Shown here piece by piece: positions 9,763 through 17,721 of a stretch of DNA of 27,485 nt; positions within the stretch are counted from its first letter, which is position 1; every line of letters starts with the position of its first letter. This stretch comes from an uncultured Gemmatimonadota bacterium (GTDB taxonomy: Bacteria > Blakebacterota > Blakebacteria > Blakebacterales > Blakebacteraceae). Made by a program: the position numbers and the translations under genes. The stretch lies in assembly GCA_964435265.1 (NCBI GenBank), contig CAYSYY010000002.1:1-27485 (forward strand), read 5' to 3'. The notes under the pieces are model-generated. The model ran no database searches and had not been told where the DNA came from. It was given only the letters and a program-made list of their open reading frames with translations.

Positions 9763-11754
9763 TCAGGGGAACGGATCGCCCGTCCCCTTCCCGGACCCGA
9801 AGATCCGCTCCAGCAGAGTGGGAGGCGGTCCGTAGCGGCGCTCCAGGACCCGGGCCCGCTCGGGATCGATCGAGCGCACGATGGCCAACGCGTCCTCGAG
9901 CACGTCGTCGTCGTAGCGGAAGCGGTTGCGGCGCAGGTTCTCCCAGCGGCGTTCGATCACATCCTCCATCGCCTCCACGATCTGCCGCTTGAGGGCGTCG
10001 CCGGCGCGGGGCAGCAGCGCCTCGGCGCAGCGCACCCGTACGGTGGTGGACATGTTGCGGTCGCGCATGGCGCCCGTAAACGCGTCCCGGACCGCCGCAT
10101 CGCCGCCCACGTGGTCCTCGAGCGTCCGGACCGCCGCCAGGCAGACCGAGGAGGAGTGGACCGGGTCCAGACCCTGCAGGATGATGGCCCGCACACCCGG
10201 CCGGTCGCGTGCCGGTTCCAGGGCTTCGATGGCGGCGAGTTTGACCGAGGAGCTGTTGGTCCGGTTGATGGAGCGGCCGATAAGTTCAGTGGCGAGATCC
10301 TGGTCGACATGAGCACCCAGCACCATGATCGCCTTGAGCTGCACCGAGGAAGAGGTTCCCCCGCTGGCGAGCAGCCGGTCCAGGGCGCGCAGCACCGGTT
10401 CGGCGGGGAGCAGCAGGGCGGCCACGTCGAGCGCCTCGAGCTGGACCGAACTGGAATTCTGATTGGCCAGCGCGGCCGCCGCCGCCCGGGGAGCCGCTTC
10501 GGTCCTGAGATGCTGGCGCAGCGCCCGCAGGGCCTCGATCAGTACGCTCGACGAGATGCTGCGGTTATTCAGCAGTTCCTCCAGAGCTCTCGCCGCACTC
10601 TCGTCGTCGCGCGTGCCGGCCAGGACTCTGACCGCCTCGAGCTGGACACTCGAGGAGTTGTGACCGGCCAGACCGACCCTGGCGACCCCCCGGACGGTCT
10701 CGACCGAGGAGGCCGCGGCCAGGCGCAGGGCCTGCTGCTGCACACTCGAGGAATTGCGCGAGGCCGCGGCCGCCTCGAGGACCTCGGCCGCCTCGCGCCG
10801 GTTGATATCCCCTTCCAGCGCCTGCAGGGCTTCGAGCTGTACGCTCGAGGATTCCGAGCGGGAGAAGAGCCGGACCACGGCCGGCCTCACCTCGGCCGAG
10901 AGCAGGTACCCCCGCAGGGCCCTGAGCGCGGCCATCTGCGTACTCGAGGTATTCCCCGCCGCCAGGGCCTCCACCATCACCCGCTGCACCCCCGGTCGAT
11001 CCACATGGGGAGTGAGCGTCTGGATCGCCTCGATCTGCACACTGGAGGAGTTGTTGCGGGTGATCGCTTCTCTGACGGACATGAGCACGTCGGTCTGAGC
11101 CGCCACCGGCCGCAGGGTGCGCAGGGCCACGAGCTGGGTGCTCGAGGAGTGGACCGCTTCGCAGCCCAGCCCGATGAGGCGGCGCGCCTCCGGGTTCTCC
11201 AGGTGAGCGCCGAGGATCCGGATCAGCTCCTGCTGGCGGCTCGACGACTCCCGCCGCATGATCTCCTCCAGCACCGCGGCTCCGGCGAGATCCCCCTGGC
11301 GGGCCATGGCCATGGCCACGTCGCGCCGGAACTCCCACGCGGTATGCGTATCGAGCAGTACCCCCAGGTTGATGCGTTCCCCCCCTCCGGCCTGTTCGCC
11401 CGCCAGGTCGAGCAGGTGGTCGCGGGCCGACTCGGCCCGTGAGGAGTCGGGCCAGCGGTCGAGGAGCAGCTGGTAAGCCGCGACCGCCTCGGTCGCGCGC
11501 CCCAGGCGCTCCAGGGTGTAGCCGAGGTAGTACTGGGCGTCGTCGGCGCGGCTGGAGCGCCCGTACTCCTCCACCACCCGCCGGAACAGCACCAGGGCCT
11601 GTTCGAAGTGTTCCTCGATGAGCTGCTCCCGCGCCTGCAGGTACAGCTCGTCGGCCCCCTCCTGGGCCGCGACCCGGTTCCCGGCGGCCAGGGTCAGCAC
11701 CACCAGGCCGGCCGTCAGAACAAGGATTCGTCTGCCGCTTTCCCGGATCATCAT
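9763..11754 (-). CDS. Exported protein: signal peptide + TPR-like (BamD/CpoB-like) N-domain + 13 HEAT-like ~33-aa repeats
   Basis: ATG at 11754 overlaps the anti-sigma stop (ATGA) with a GGAG-type SD; leader RRILVLTAGLVVLTLAAG...VAA-Q; TPR-like ADDAQYYLGYTLERLG; repeating SSS(V/T)Q(L/I)xA(L/I)xxL. Confidence 0.8.
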   Translation of the reverse strand: MMIRESGRRILVLTAGLVVLTLAAGNRVAAQEGADELYLQAREQLIEEHFEQALVLFRRVVEEYGRSSRADDAQYYLGYTLERLGRATEAVAAYQLLLDRWPDSSRAESARDHLLDLAGEQAGGGERINLGVLLDTHTAWEFRRDVAMAMARQGDLAGAAVLEEIMRRESSSRQQELIRILGAHLENPEARRLIGLGCEAVHSSSTQLVALRTLRPVAAQTDVLMSVREAITRNNSSSVQIEAIQTLTPHVDRPGVQRVMVEALAAGNTSSTQMAALRALRGYLLSAEVRPAVVRLFSRSESSSVQLEALQALEGDINRREAAEVLEAAAASRNSSSVQQQALRLAAASSVETVRGVARVGLAGHNSSSVQLEAVRVLAGTRDDESAARALEELLNNRSISSSVLIEALRALRQHLRTEAAPRAAAAALANQNSSSVQLEALDVAALLLPAEPVLRALDRLLASGGTSSSVQLKAIMVLGAHVDQDLATELIGRSINRTNSSSVKLAAIEALEPARDRPGVRAIILQGLDPVHSSSVCLAAVRTLEDHVGGDAAVRDAFTGAMRDRNMSTTVRVRCAEALLPRAGDALKRQIVEAMEDVIERRWENLRRNRFRYDDDVLEDALAIVRSIDPERARVLERRYGPPPTLLERIFGSGKGTGDPFP

Positions 11755-12704
11755 CTCCGCACCTCCCTCAGCTGCATTTCCGTCCGGTATTCCTCGCCGA
11801 TCCACCCCGAAGCCGCGAGGGCCTCGGTGACGGCGGCGTTCATGTCGAGCGCCGTCAGCCGGTCACCCAGACCGGTCATGGCCAGCGTGCTCCTGATCTG
11901 ATCGAGGCCCCAGTCCACCTCCGCTCCCCCGCCGAGCCCGGCGATATCCTCCAGCACGAACTCGGCTCGATCGATGGCGGCCATGAAGACGGCGTCACGC
12001 TCCCGATCGAGCCGTCCGGTGAGCAGGCGGCCGTCCTGGATGAGCCGGCGCGCCCCCACCCGCATCCGCTCGATCTCCGCCTCGCCCGTTTCGGCCGGAT
12101 CCAGTTCGGCGAGCGAACGCACCAGTCCCAGCACCCCCTCGACCCACGAGATCCCCAGGTCGGCCAGGAGTTCGGCCCGGGCCAGTTCGTCGATCGCCTC
12201 GGCCTCCACGCTCAGACCGGCGGCCTCGCCGGCCGGGCCGGGGATCGGCTCGAACGCCCGGGGGGCGTGGTTGGGCAGGAGCCAGCGTCCGATCCCCAGG
12301 CCGATCAGTATGAGCGCCGCGGCGGCCACGGGACGCAGCCGGCTCAGCGGGCGCCAGGCGCCGCCGGGGGCTTCGGGTTTCTCCCCGATCCCGTCCCCGG
12401 TTTCGCGCAGGCCGCGGAAACCGGCCAGCCGGTTCCGGCGCAGGAACTCGCGCCAGGCCGCCTCGGCCCGGCTGTCCCCCGCTCCGACCTCACTCCCCTC
12501 CGCATACGGCGCCGGCGCCACGGCCAGTTCCTGCAGGGCACTGAAACCCCGGCGGGCGTCGGCGAGAGCGCTACGGCACCCCGCACACTCCTGCAGATGC
12601 CGTTCCAGCGCGATCCTGGCTTCCGGTTCCAGTTCGTCGAAGAGATACCTCTCCAGGTCGGGTTCCCGATCCGGGCAGGCGTCTCCGGCATGGTAGTCGT
12701 TCAT
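11751..12704 (-). CDS. Zinc-binding transmembrane anti-sigma factor (ZAS/zf-HC2) with helical extracytoplasmic domain
   Basis: C...HLQECAGC (HxxxCxxC), single TM VAAAALILIGLGIG; ATGA overlap with the sigma gene upstream. Confidence 0.85.
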   Translation of the reverse strand: MNDYHAGDACPDREPDLERYLFDELEPEARIALERHLQECAGCRSALADARRGFSALQELAVAPAPYAEGSEVGAGDSRAEAAWREFLRRNRLAGFRGLRETGDGIGEKPEAPGGAWRPLSRLRPVAAAALILIGLGIGRWLLPNHAPRAFEPIPGPAGEAAGLSVEAEAIDELARAELLADLGISWVEGVLGLVRSLAELDPAETGEAEIERMRVGARRLIQDGRLLTGRLDRERDAVFMAAIDRAEFVLEDIAGLGGGAEVDWGLDQIRSTLAMTGLGDRLTALDMNAAVTEALAASGWIGEEYRTEMQLREVRR

Positions 12705-13285
12705 GATCCCTCACCTTCCCTCCCCGCCCGGGCGTCCCCGGTTCCGAGGGCCTGTCCGAGTTTCCGGAGGCCCCGGAACACCTGGGTCCGGGCCGTGACT
12801 TCCTCACATCCCAGCACTTCGGCGATCTCACGCATCGAGAGTTCATCGTAGAAACGGAGCACGACCGCGGCCCGCATCCCCTCCGGGAGGGTCCGGAGAG
12901 CCCGCCGCACCTCCACCGCCCGTTCCCGGCCCGCGAGCGTCTCCAGCACCTCTCCCGGAATCCCCTCCCCCATCCCTTCCCGGTCTTCATGCCAGGCGGC
13001 ATGCAGCCGCTGCCGGCTCCCGAGGCGCCGCTTCTCCTCGATGGCCCGGTTGACGGCGATGCGGCGCAGCCAGGGATAGAACCGTTCCCGGTCGGCCAGC
13101 CGGGGGAGCGCCTCCAGCGCCGCCAGGTAGGCGTTCTGAACGGTGTCTTCGGCCCTGGCCGTATCTCTGGTGATGGCTGCGACGACGGCCACGACCCGGT
13201 CGTAGTAGCGCCGGTGGAGCTCGCCGAAACCATCCAGGTCGCCCGCCAGGGTCCGGGCTATGAGCTGTGCATCCGCGTGGGCCAT
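12701..13285 (-). CDS. ECF RNA polymerase sigma factor
   Basis: 194 aa; region 2 FGELHRRY...AEDTVQNAYL...FYPWLRRIAVN; region 4 ALRTLPEGMRAAVVLRFYDELSMREIAEVLG...TQVFRGL. Confidence 0.95.
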   Translation of the reverse strand: MAHADAQLIARTLAGDLDGFGELHRRYYDRVVAVVAAITRDTARAEDTVQNAYLAALEALPRLADRERFYPWLRRIAVNRAIEEKRRLGSRQRLHAAWHEDREGMGEGIPGEVLETLAGRERAVEVRRALRTLPEGMRAAVVLRFYDELSMREIAEVLGCEEVTARTQVFRGLRKLGQALGTGDARAGREGEGS

Positions 13286-13308
13286 GCCTCACTCCTGGGT
13301 TTCACCTC

Positions 13309-13339
13309 TACAGGCGCACCGGAGCGACTGATTGTTGCA
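13309..13339 (-). promoter_or_regulatory. Possible ECF-type autoregulatory promoter (TGCAAC-N17-CGCCTGTA)
   Basis: AAC-ending -35 and a CG-starting -10 about 25-55 nt upstream of the sigma ATG; pattern match only. Confidence 0.3.
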
Positions 13340-13356
13340 CGGAAAAGAGGAGACCA

Positions 13357-13394
13357 CCCGGATCCCCCGTATCGGGGGTGTCGCATCATCCGGG
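13357..13394. terminator. GC-rich nested hairpin between tolC stop and the sigma promoter region (possible terminator or processing stem)
   Basis: CCCGGAT/ATCCGGG outer stem around CCCCCG-TAT-CGGGGG; on the minus strand it is followed after about 10 nt by CTCTTTT, not by a clean U-tract. Confidence 0.3.
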
Positions 13395-13422
13395 AGGGAT
13401 CGTCGTCCGATACCGCTCCCGC

Positions 13423-14988
13423 TCAGTACCCGCCGTTCTCCACGATGTAGGCGGCCAGGGTGCGGGTCAGGGGCTGATCCTGCTCCCAGTCCCAGTAGGT
13501 ATTCCGGGTGAGCGAGATCAGCGAGCGCCGGTAGGAGAGATAGGCGTTGAGGTAGCTGCGTTTCGCCTCGGCCAGGCGCCCCTGGGTCAGAAGCAGGTCC
13601 TGCACGTTGAGCGCCCCCGTCTCGAACTGCTGCACGCTCTGCCGGTAGGCCCGTTCCGACGCATCGACGCTGCGCACCAGCAGGGCGAGCCGGTCCTGGG
13701 CTTCCACGACCGAATCCACCATGTTGCGGACCGCCCGGCGTATGCTGATCTCCGACTGTTCCCGGGAGCGCTGCACCTTCTCCATTTCGGCCAGGCGGGC
13801 GTTGATCTGGGCCCGGTTCCGCCCCCAGTCCCAGAGCGGCACGGTGAAGTTCACCGCGGCCCCGCGGGCCTGATCGGGATCGGCGATGGCATCGTAGAAC
13901 CCGGCCATCGTTTCTTCCCGACCCTCCAGCCCCAGGGTGAGGCTGACGGTCCCGTTCACCGAGCCCCACGATTTGCGCTCCTCCAGATCCATCACCTGGT
14001 ACTCCATCGAGATCTCGTTCCGCCGCATGTCGGGCCGGTGCTCGAGCGCCCGCGCGGTGGCCAGATCGACATCGATCCGGACCGGCGTGTAGGTCAGCAC
14101 CGGCTCCACCTCGATCTCGTTCTCCTGCGGTATCCCGATCTGCTGCTGGAAGCTGCTCTTCTCCCGCGTGAGCCGCCCGGCCGCGCTCGAGGCACGGTCG
14201 CGACGGCTGGTGAGATCGATCTCGAGGGCCAGCAGGTCGAGTTCGGGGATCGCCCCCCGCTGGAAGAGCCGGCGCCCGCTGGTATAGAGCTGTTCGAGCC
14301 GGTTCATCTCCTCGCGCGCCAGGATATCCTGGTAGGTCTGCTCGTAGAGCTCGAAGTAGTTGTTGGAGGTATCGTTGATGATGTCGATCTGCTCTTCCAG
14401 GAACGAGATCTCGCTGCTCTCGAGCTGCAGCTCGGCTCTGCGGATCGCCAGCTGGATCCGGTTGGGCTGCAGGATCGGCTGATCGAAGCGCAGGAATATC
14501 CGGCCGTAGTACGCCTTCTTCCCCGGGGTGTAGCTGAAGAGGCGGTCGGTGGTGCGGTTCAGCACCCCGTTGAGCGAGATCACCCCGTTGCTCGGCAGGG
14601 GCTGGCGGATCGAGAGCGAGCCGGAGTAGCGGGCTCCGCGGGTGGAGAGAACGATCGGGTCCCCGGTGTCGGGATCGATGATCTCCTTGATCGACTGGTC
14701 GTAGTTGGGCAGGGTGAAGCTCAGGCTCGCGTTGGAGCGCAGGCCCGCCCGCGACGCCTCCAGGTTGAAGCGGTCCCGCTGCAGATCCAGTTTGAGCCGC
14801 TCCATCCGCCACGACTGGTCCAGGGCGTAGCGCAGGGCCAGATCGAGATCGAGTACGATCAAGTCCCCCGGCGGGGTACCGGCGGGCCGCGCGGTGGCCG
14901 GCTGCTGGGCGCGGGCCGGGACCGCGAGGGCGGTCAGCAGCAGGGTGGCGAGGATCGGAGAGGCAGGGGGCGTACGCAGTGTCATCAC
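13423..14988 (-). CDS. TolC-family outer membrane efflux protein
   Basis: Signal peptide ending ARA-Q; LDLALRYAL start of mature domain; two-fold repeat of helical barrel plus beta-strands (SLSIRQPL, VNFTVPLWDWG); FETGALNVQDLLLTQ. Confidence 0.88.
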   Translation of the reverse strand: MMTLRTPPASPILATLLLTALAVPARAQQPATARPAGTPPGDLIVLDLDLALRYALDQSWRMERLKLDLQRDRFNLEASRAGLRSNASLSFTLPNYDQSIKEIIDPDTGDPIVLSTRGARYSGSLSIRQPLPSNGVISLNGVLNRTTDRLFSYTPGKKAYYGRIFLRFDQPILQPNRIQLAIRRAELQLESSEISFLEEQIDIINDTSNNYFELYEQTYQDILAREEMNRLEQLYTSGRRLFQRGAIPELDLLALEIDLTSRRDRASSAAGRLTREKSSFQQQIGIPQENEIEVEPVLTYTPVRIDVDLATARALEHRPDMRRNEISMEYQVMDLEERKSWGSVNGTVSLTLGLEGREETMAGFYDAIADPDQARGAAVNFTVPLWDWGRNRAQINARLAEMEKVQRSREQSEISIRRAVRNMVDSVVEAQDRLALLVRSVDASERAYRQSVQQFETGALNVQDLLLTQGRLAEAKRSYLNAYLSYRRSLISLTRNTYWDWEQDQPLTRTLAAYIVENGGY

Positions 14989-15028
14989 CGGGATTCTCCT
15001 CCGGATCGGGTCTGATTCATGTATGGGG

Positions 15029-15054
15029 GACGCTTCGGTCGACGCCCGGTTCGT
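15029..15054 (-). promoter_or_regulatory. Possible ECF-type promoter upstream of tolC (ACGAAC-N16-CGTC)
   Basis: AAC-N16-CGTC is the classical ECF promoter geometry; lies about 40 nt upstream of the tolC start. Confidence 0.3.
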
Positions 15055-15075
15055 GTCGGCTTCACAGCCAATATA

Positions 15076-15876
15076 TCAGAAGGTGAGAGCCAGGGTGTTG
15101 CGGATAACCAGATCGGTCCTCTTCACTCCGGCGGGGGGGCGCGAATCGTGCACCACCCGGAAGCCCAGTTGCACCGACAGCGGGCCCAGGAGCCGGATAT
15201 GCAGGGCACCGTCACCGAGCAGGCGGTGATCGGCCGCCTCGCTCAGCAGCGGCTGCAGGTAGATCTGGGTGCCGAAGAAGACCGCCGGTGCCATCCCCCA
15301 CCCGAGACTGAACAGCAGCGACGCCCGCCACCCCGCCGTGGGACCGAGATCCCGCAGTTCCTCATCCTCGCGCATGACGATCACACCCAGGTCGAACCGG
15401 CGCTCCAGCTCCGTTCCGTCAGGAGCTACGGCCGGGCGGTTGAGGAGGGAGGTCCGGATACCCGCTCCGGTAAGGGTGCGGCGCCGCAGCCGGACGAAGG
15501 CGTCCCGCTGGACCTGGAAGAAGGCTTCCAGCCGGGACCGGTCCGAGACGACGAGACCGTACCGCAGGTGCGCCATGGCGTTGTCGGAGACCGTCTCCGG
15601 GCCCGCGGTCGAGTACGAGCCGCCGGCCACGAGCTGCACGATATGGTCGCCGCCGCGCCAGCGTATGATCCCGCTGCCCTCCAGTTCGCGGTAGCTCGAG
15701 TTCCCCTGCATGAGGTTGAAACCCAGCTGCAGCGCCCCCTCCACTCCCGGCTGCGGTTCGCCGGTGAGGATGCTCTCGATATTGACGATCTGGGCCCGGG
15801 CCGGGCCGGCGGGCGGGAGCGCCCCGCCGGCCGGCAGGATGACGGCGAGCACGGTGACGATGCGGCCGCGGATCAT
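15076..15876 (-). CDS. DUF481-like outer-membrane beta-barrel protein
   Basis: Signal peptide ending ARA-QIVNIE; alternating amphipathic beta-strands; C-terminal LALTF (terminal Phe, BAM signal); SD GGAAGGA before ATG. Confidence 0.75.
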   Translation of the reverse strand: MIRGRIVTVLAVILPAGGALPPAGPARAQIVNIESILTGEPQPGVEGALQLGFNLMQGNSSYRELEGSGIIRWRGGDHIVQLVAGGSYSTAGPETVSDNAMAHLRYGLVVSDRSRLEAFFQVQRDAFVRLRRRTLTGAGIRTSLLNRPAVAPDGTELERRFDLGVIVMREDEELRDLGPTAGWRASLLFSLGWGMAPAVFFGTQIYLQPLLSEAADHRLLGDGALHIRLLGPLSVQLGFRVVHDSRPPAGVKRTDLVIRNTLALTF

Positions 15877-15890
15877 GCCGTTCCTTCCGG

Positions 15891-16826
15891 TTACATCTCC
15901 TGCAGGCGGGCGATGCGTTCGTTGATCGGCGGGTGGGTGCTGAAGAGACTCTTCGCCCGGTCCTCGAAGGGTTTGATGGGATTGACGATGTAGAGATGCT
16001 GGGTGGCCCGGTTGGCGACCTCGAGCACTTCCTCATCACCCGAGATCTTCACCAGGGCGCCGGCCAGGCCCTGAGGATAGCGGGTGAGCTGGACCGCTCC
16101 GGCGTCGGCCAGGTACTCCCGTTTGCGGCTGATCGAGAGCTGGAGCAGCCGGGCGAAGAGCGGCGCGAGCACGGCGGCGAGGATGGCCAGCACCAGCAGG
16201 ATGGCGTCACCGCCGCCCGAGCCCGAGCGGCGGCTGCGGCGCCCCCCCCGCCCGCCATAGAAAAGACCGCGCAGGAACATGTCGCTCACCAGGGCGGTGA
16301 GTCCGACCAGGACCCCGATCAGCGTCTGCAGGCGGATGTCGTAGAAGCGGATATGCGAGAGCTCGTGCGCCATCACCCCCTGCAGCTCGTCGCGGGTGAG
16401 CTTCTGCCGCAATCCGCTGGTGATGGCTACGACCCCGTGTTCGGGATCGCGGCCGGTGGCGAAGGCATTGGGGGCGGAGTCGTCGATCACATAGATCCGC
16501 GGCATCGGCAGTCCGCCGGCGATGCAGAGCTCCTCGATGACGTTCCACAGTTCGGGATCGTCGGGCTTGTGGATCTGTTTGGCCCGGGAGACCGCCAGGA
16601 CCATGCGGCCGCCGGCGAAATAGGCCACCAGGCTCCAGACGATGGCGACCACGCCGAAGATCCCAAGGAACCCCAGCCCCTCCCCCATCCACGCCTCGCC
16701 GATCAGCCAGCCCAGCCCGGCCGCCAGCAGGATGAAGGTGAAGACCAGGAAGGAGGATTTGCGCTTGTTGGCGCTGATGTGGGCATAGAAACTTCCCATG
16801 CTCTTCAGGCCGTTACCGCGTGTCAT
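15891..16826 (-). CDS. htpX: HtpX-like M48 zinc metalloprotease
   Basis: Two N-terminal TMs, PNAFATGR, HELSH zinc motif, SRKREYLADAGAV, STHPPINERI; alternative start at 16799. Confidence 0.93.
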   Translation of the reverse strand: MTRGNGLKSMGSFYAHISANKRKSSFLVFTFILLAAGLGWLIGEAWMGEGLGFLGIFGVVAIVWSLVAYFAGGRMVLAVSRAKQIHKPDDPELWNVIEELCIAGGLPMPRIYVIDDSAPNAFATGRDPEHGVVAITSGLRQKLTRDELQGVMAHELSHIRFYDIRLQTLIGVLVGLTALVSDMFLRGLFYGGRGGRRSRRSGSGGGDAILLVLAILAAVLAPLFARLLQLSISRKREYLADAGAVQLTRYPQGLAGALVKISGDEEVLEVANRATQHLYIVNPIKPFEDRAKSLFSTHPPINERIARLQEM

Positions 16827-16866
16827 GGCACTCCCACCGGTTCGGTCTCAGGAGAGAACGTGGGCG

Positions 16867-17424
16867 TCAGCGCAGATCGACCTTGGGGGCCTCCCGCTCG
16901 GCCTCGCCGATCTCGAAGAAGTCCTCGTGGCCGAAGTTGAACGTGCCGGCGACGATATTGGCCGGGAACTGCTCGATCCGCGTGTTGAAGGTCATGACCA
17001 TGTCGTTGTAGTGCTGGCGGGAGAAGGAGATCTTGTTCTCGGTGCTGGTCAGCTCCTCCTGCAGCGACATGACGTTCTGGTTCGCCTTGAGATCGGGGTA
17101 GTTCTCGACCAGCGCGAAGAGCTGGCGCAGCGCGCCGGTGAGCATGTTCTCGGCCTCGCCCTGGGCTTTGACCCCCTCGGCGTCGATGGCCTGGTTGCGC
17201 GCCGCGATGACCCGCTGGAGCGTTTCCTGTTCGTACTCCATATAGTCCTTCACGGCTTCGACCAGATTGGGGATCAGATCGTAGCGGCGTTTGAGCTGCA
17301 CGTCGATCTGCGACCAGGCGTTACGGACCCGGTTGCGCAGTGCGACCAGGGCGTTGTACACGCCGATCACCCAGAGGATGATCAGGACGAGCACGACCAC
17401 CACGGCAATGAGGAAGATCTCCAT
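16867..17424 (-). CDS. lemA: LemA family protein
   Basis: N-terminal TM, YNALVALRNRVRNAWSQIDVQLKRRYDLIPNLV, ENYPDLKANQN, TENKISFSRQHYND; SD GGGAG before ATG 17424. The ORF track's extension to 18450 is a shadow. Confidence 0.95.
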   Translation of the reverse strand: MEIFLIAVVVVLVLIILWVIGVYNALVALRNRVRNAWSQIDVQLKRRYDLIPNLVEAVKDYMEYEQETLQRVIAARNQAIDAEGVKAQGEAENMLTGALRQLFALVENYPDLKANQNVMSLQEELTSTENKISFSRQHYNDMVMTFNTRIEQFPANIVAGTFNFGHEDFFEIGEAEREAPKVDLR

Positions 17425-17600
17425 CGTCAACTCCCGATTCATCGGCCGGACCGGCGGAGGATCCGCGCTCCCGGCCTTCCCTGATACGCGAAATCCGCCC
17501 TGTCCTTTCAGGTGCGGATCACCCGGGGGTCTCACCCGGGCCGCCACGGTGTCCACAGTGTAACGGAGGTTGCCGCCGGCGGCATCCCCCAAAGCAGCCC

Positions 17601-17660
17601 GGCCCCTTCCCGTCCCATCCCGCCCCTTCCCGCCCCATCTCACCCCGTCTCGCCCCGCCG
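17601..17660. repeat. Six imperfect tandem 10-bp units (consensus CGCCCCWTCY)
   Basis: GGCCCCTTCC CGTCCCATCC CGCCCCTTCC CGCCCCATCT CACCCCGTCT CGCCCCGCCG. Confidence 0.8.
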
Positions 17661-17690
17661 TTGACCCCTTCCGGGAACTCGGCCTATACT
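17661..17690 (+). promoter_or_regulatory. Sigma-70-type promoter TTGACC-N18-TATACT for the HD-domain gene
   Basis: Near-consensus -35 and -10 hexamers, 31 nt upstream of ATG 17722, which has a GAGG SD. Confidence 0.65.
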
Positions 17691-17721
17691 GCGCCGGTAC
17701 GGAAGCACACCGAGGTATCGT

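Noticed and set aside
10000-11247. DNA-level repeat array or CRISPR-like periodicity (~99 bp)
   Set aside because: The periodicity is fully explained by the protein repeat; the short recurring GAGGA-type words are Ser codons in an intact ORF.
16825-16842. TGGCAC resembling a second sigma-54 site
   Set aside because: No GC at the -12 position, and it is on the wrong strand relative to the neighbouring genes.
17485-17520. Glycine-riboswitch-like words (TTTCAGGT, AAAGGACAG)
   Set aside because: The two words are on opposite strands, and the other conserved elements (GGAGA, CCGAAG) are not arranged as an aptamer.
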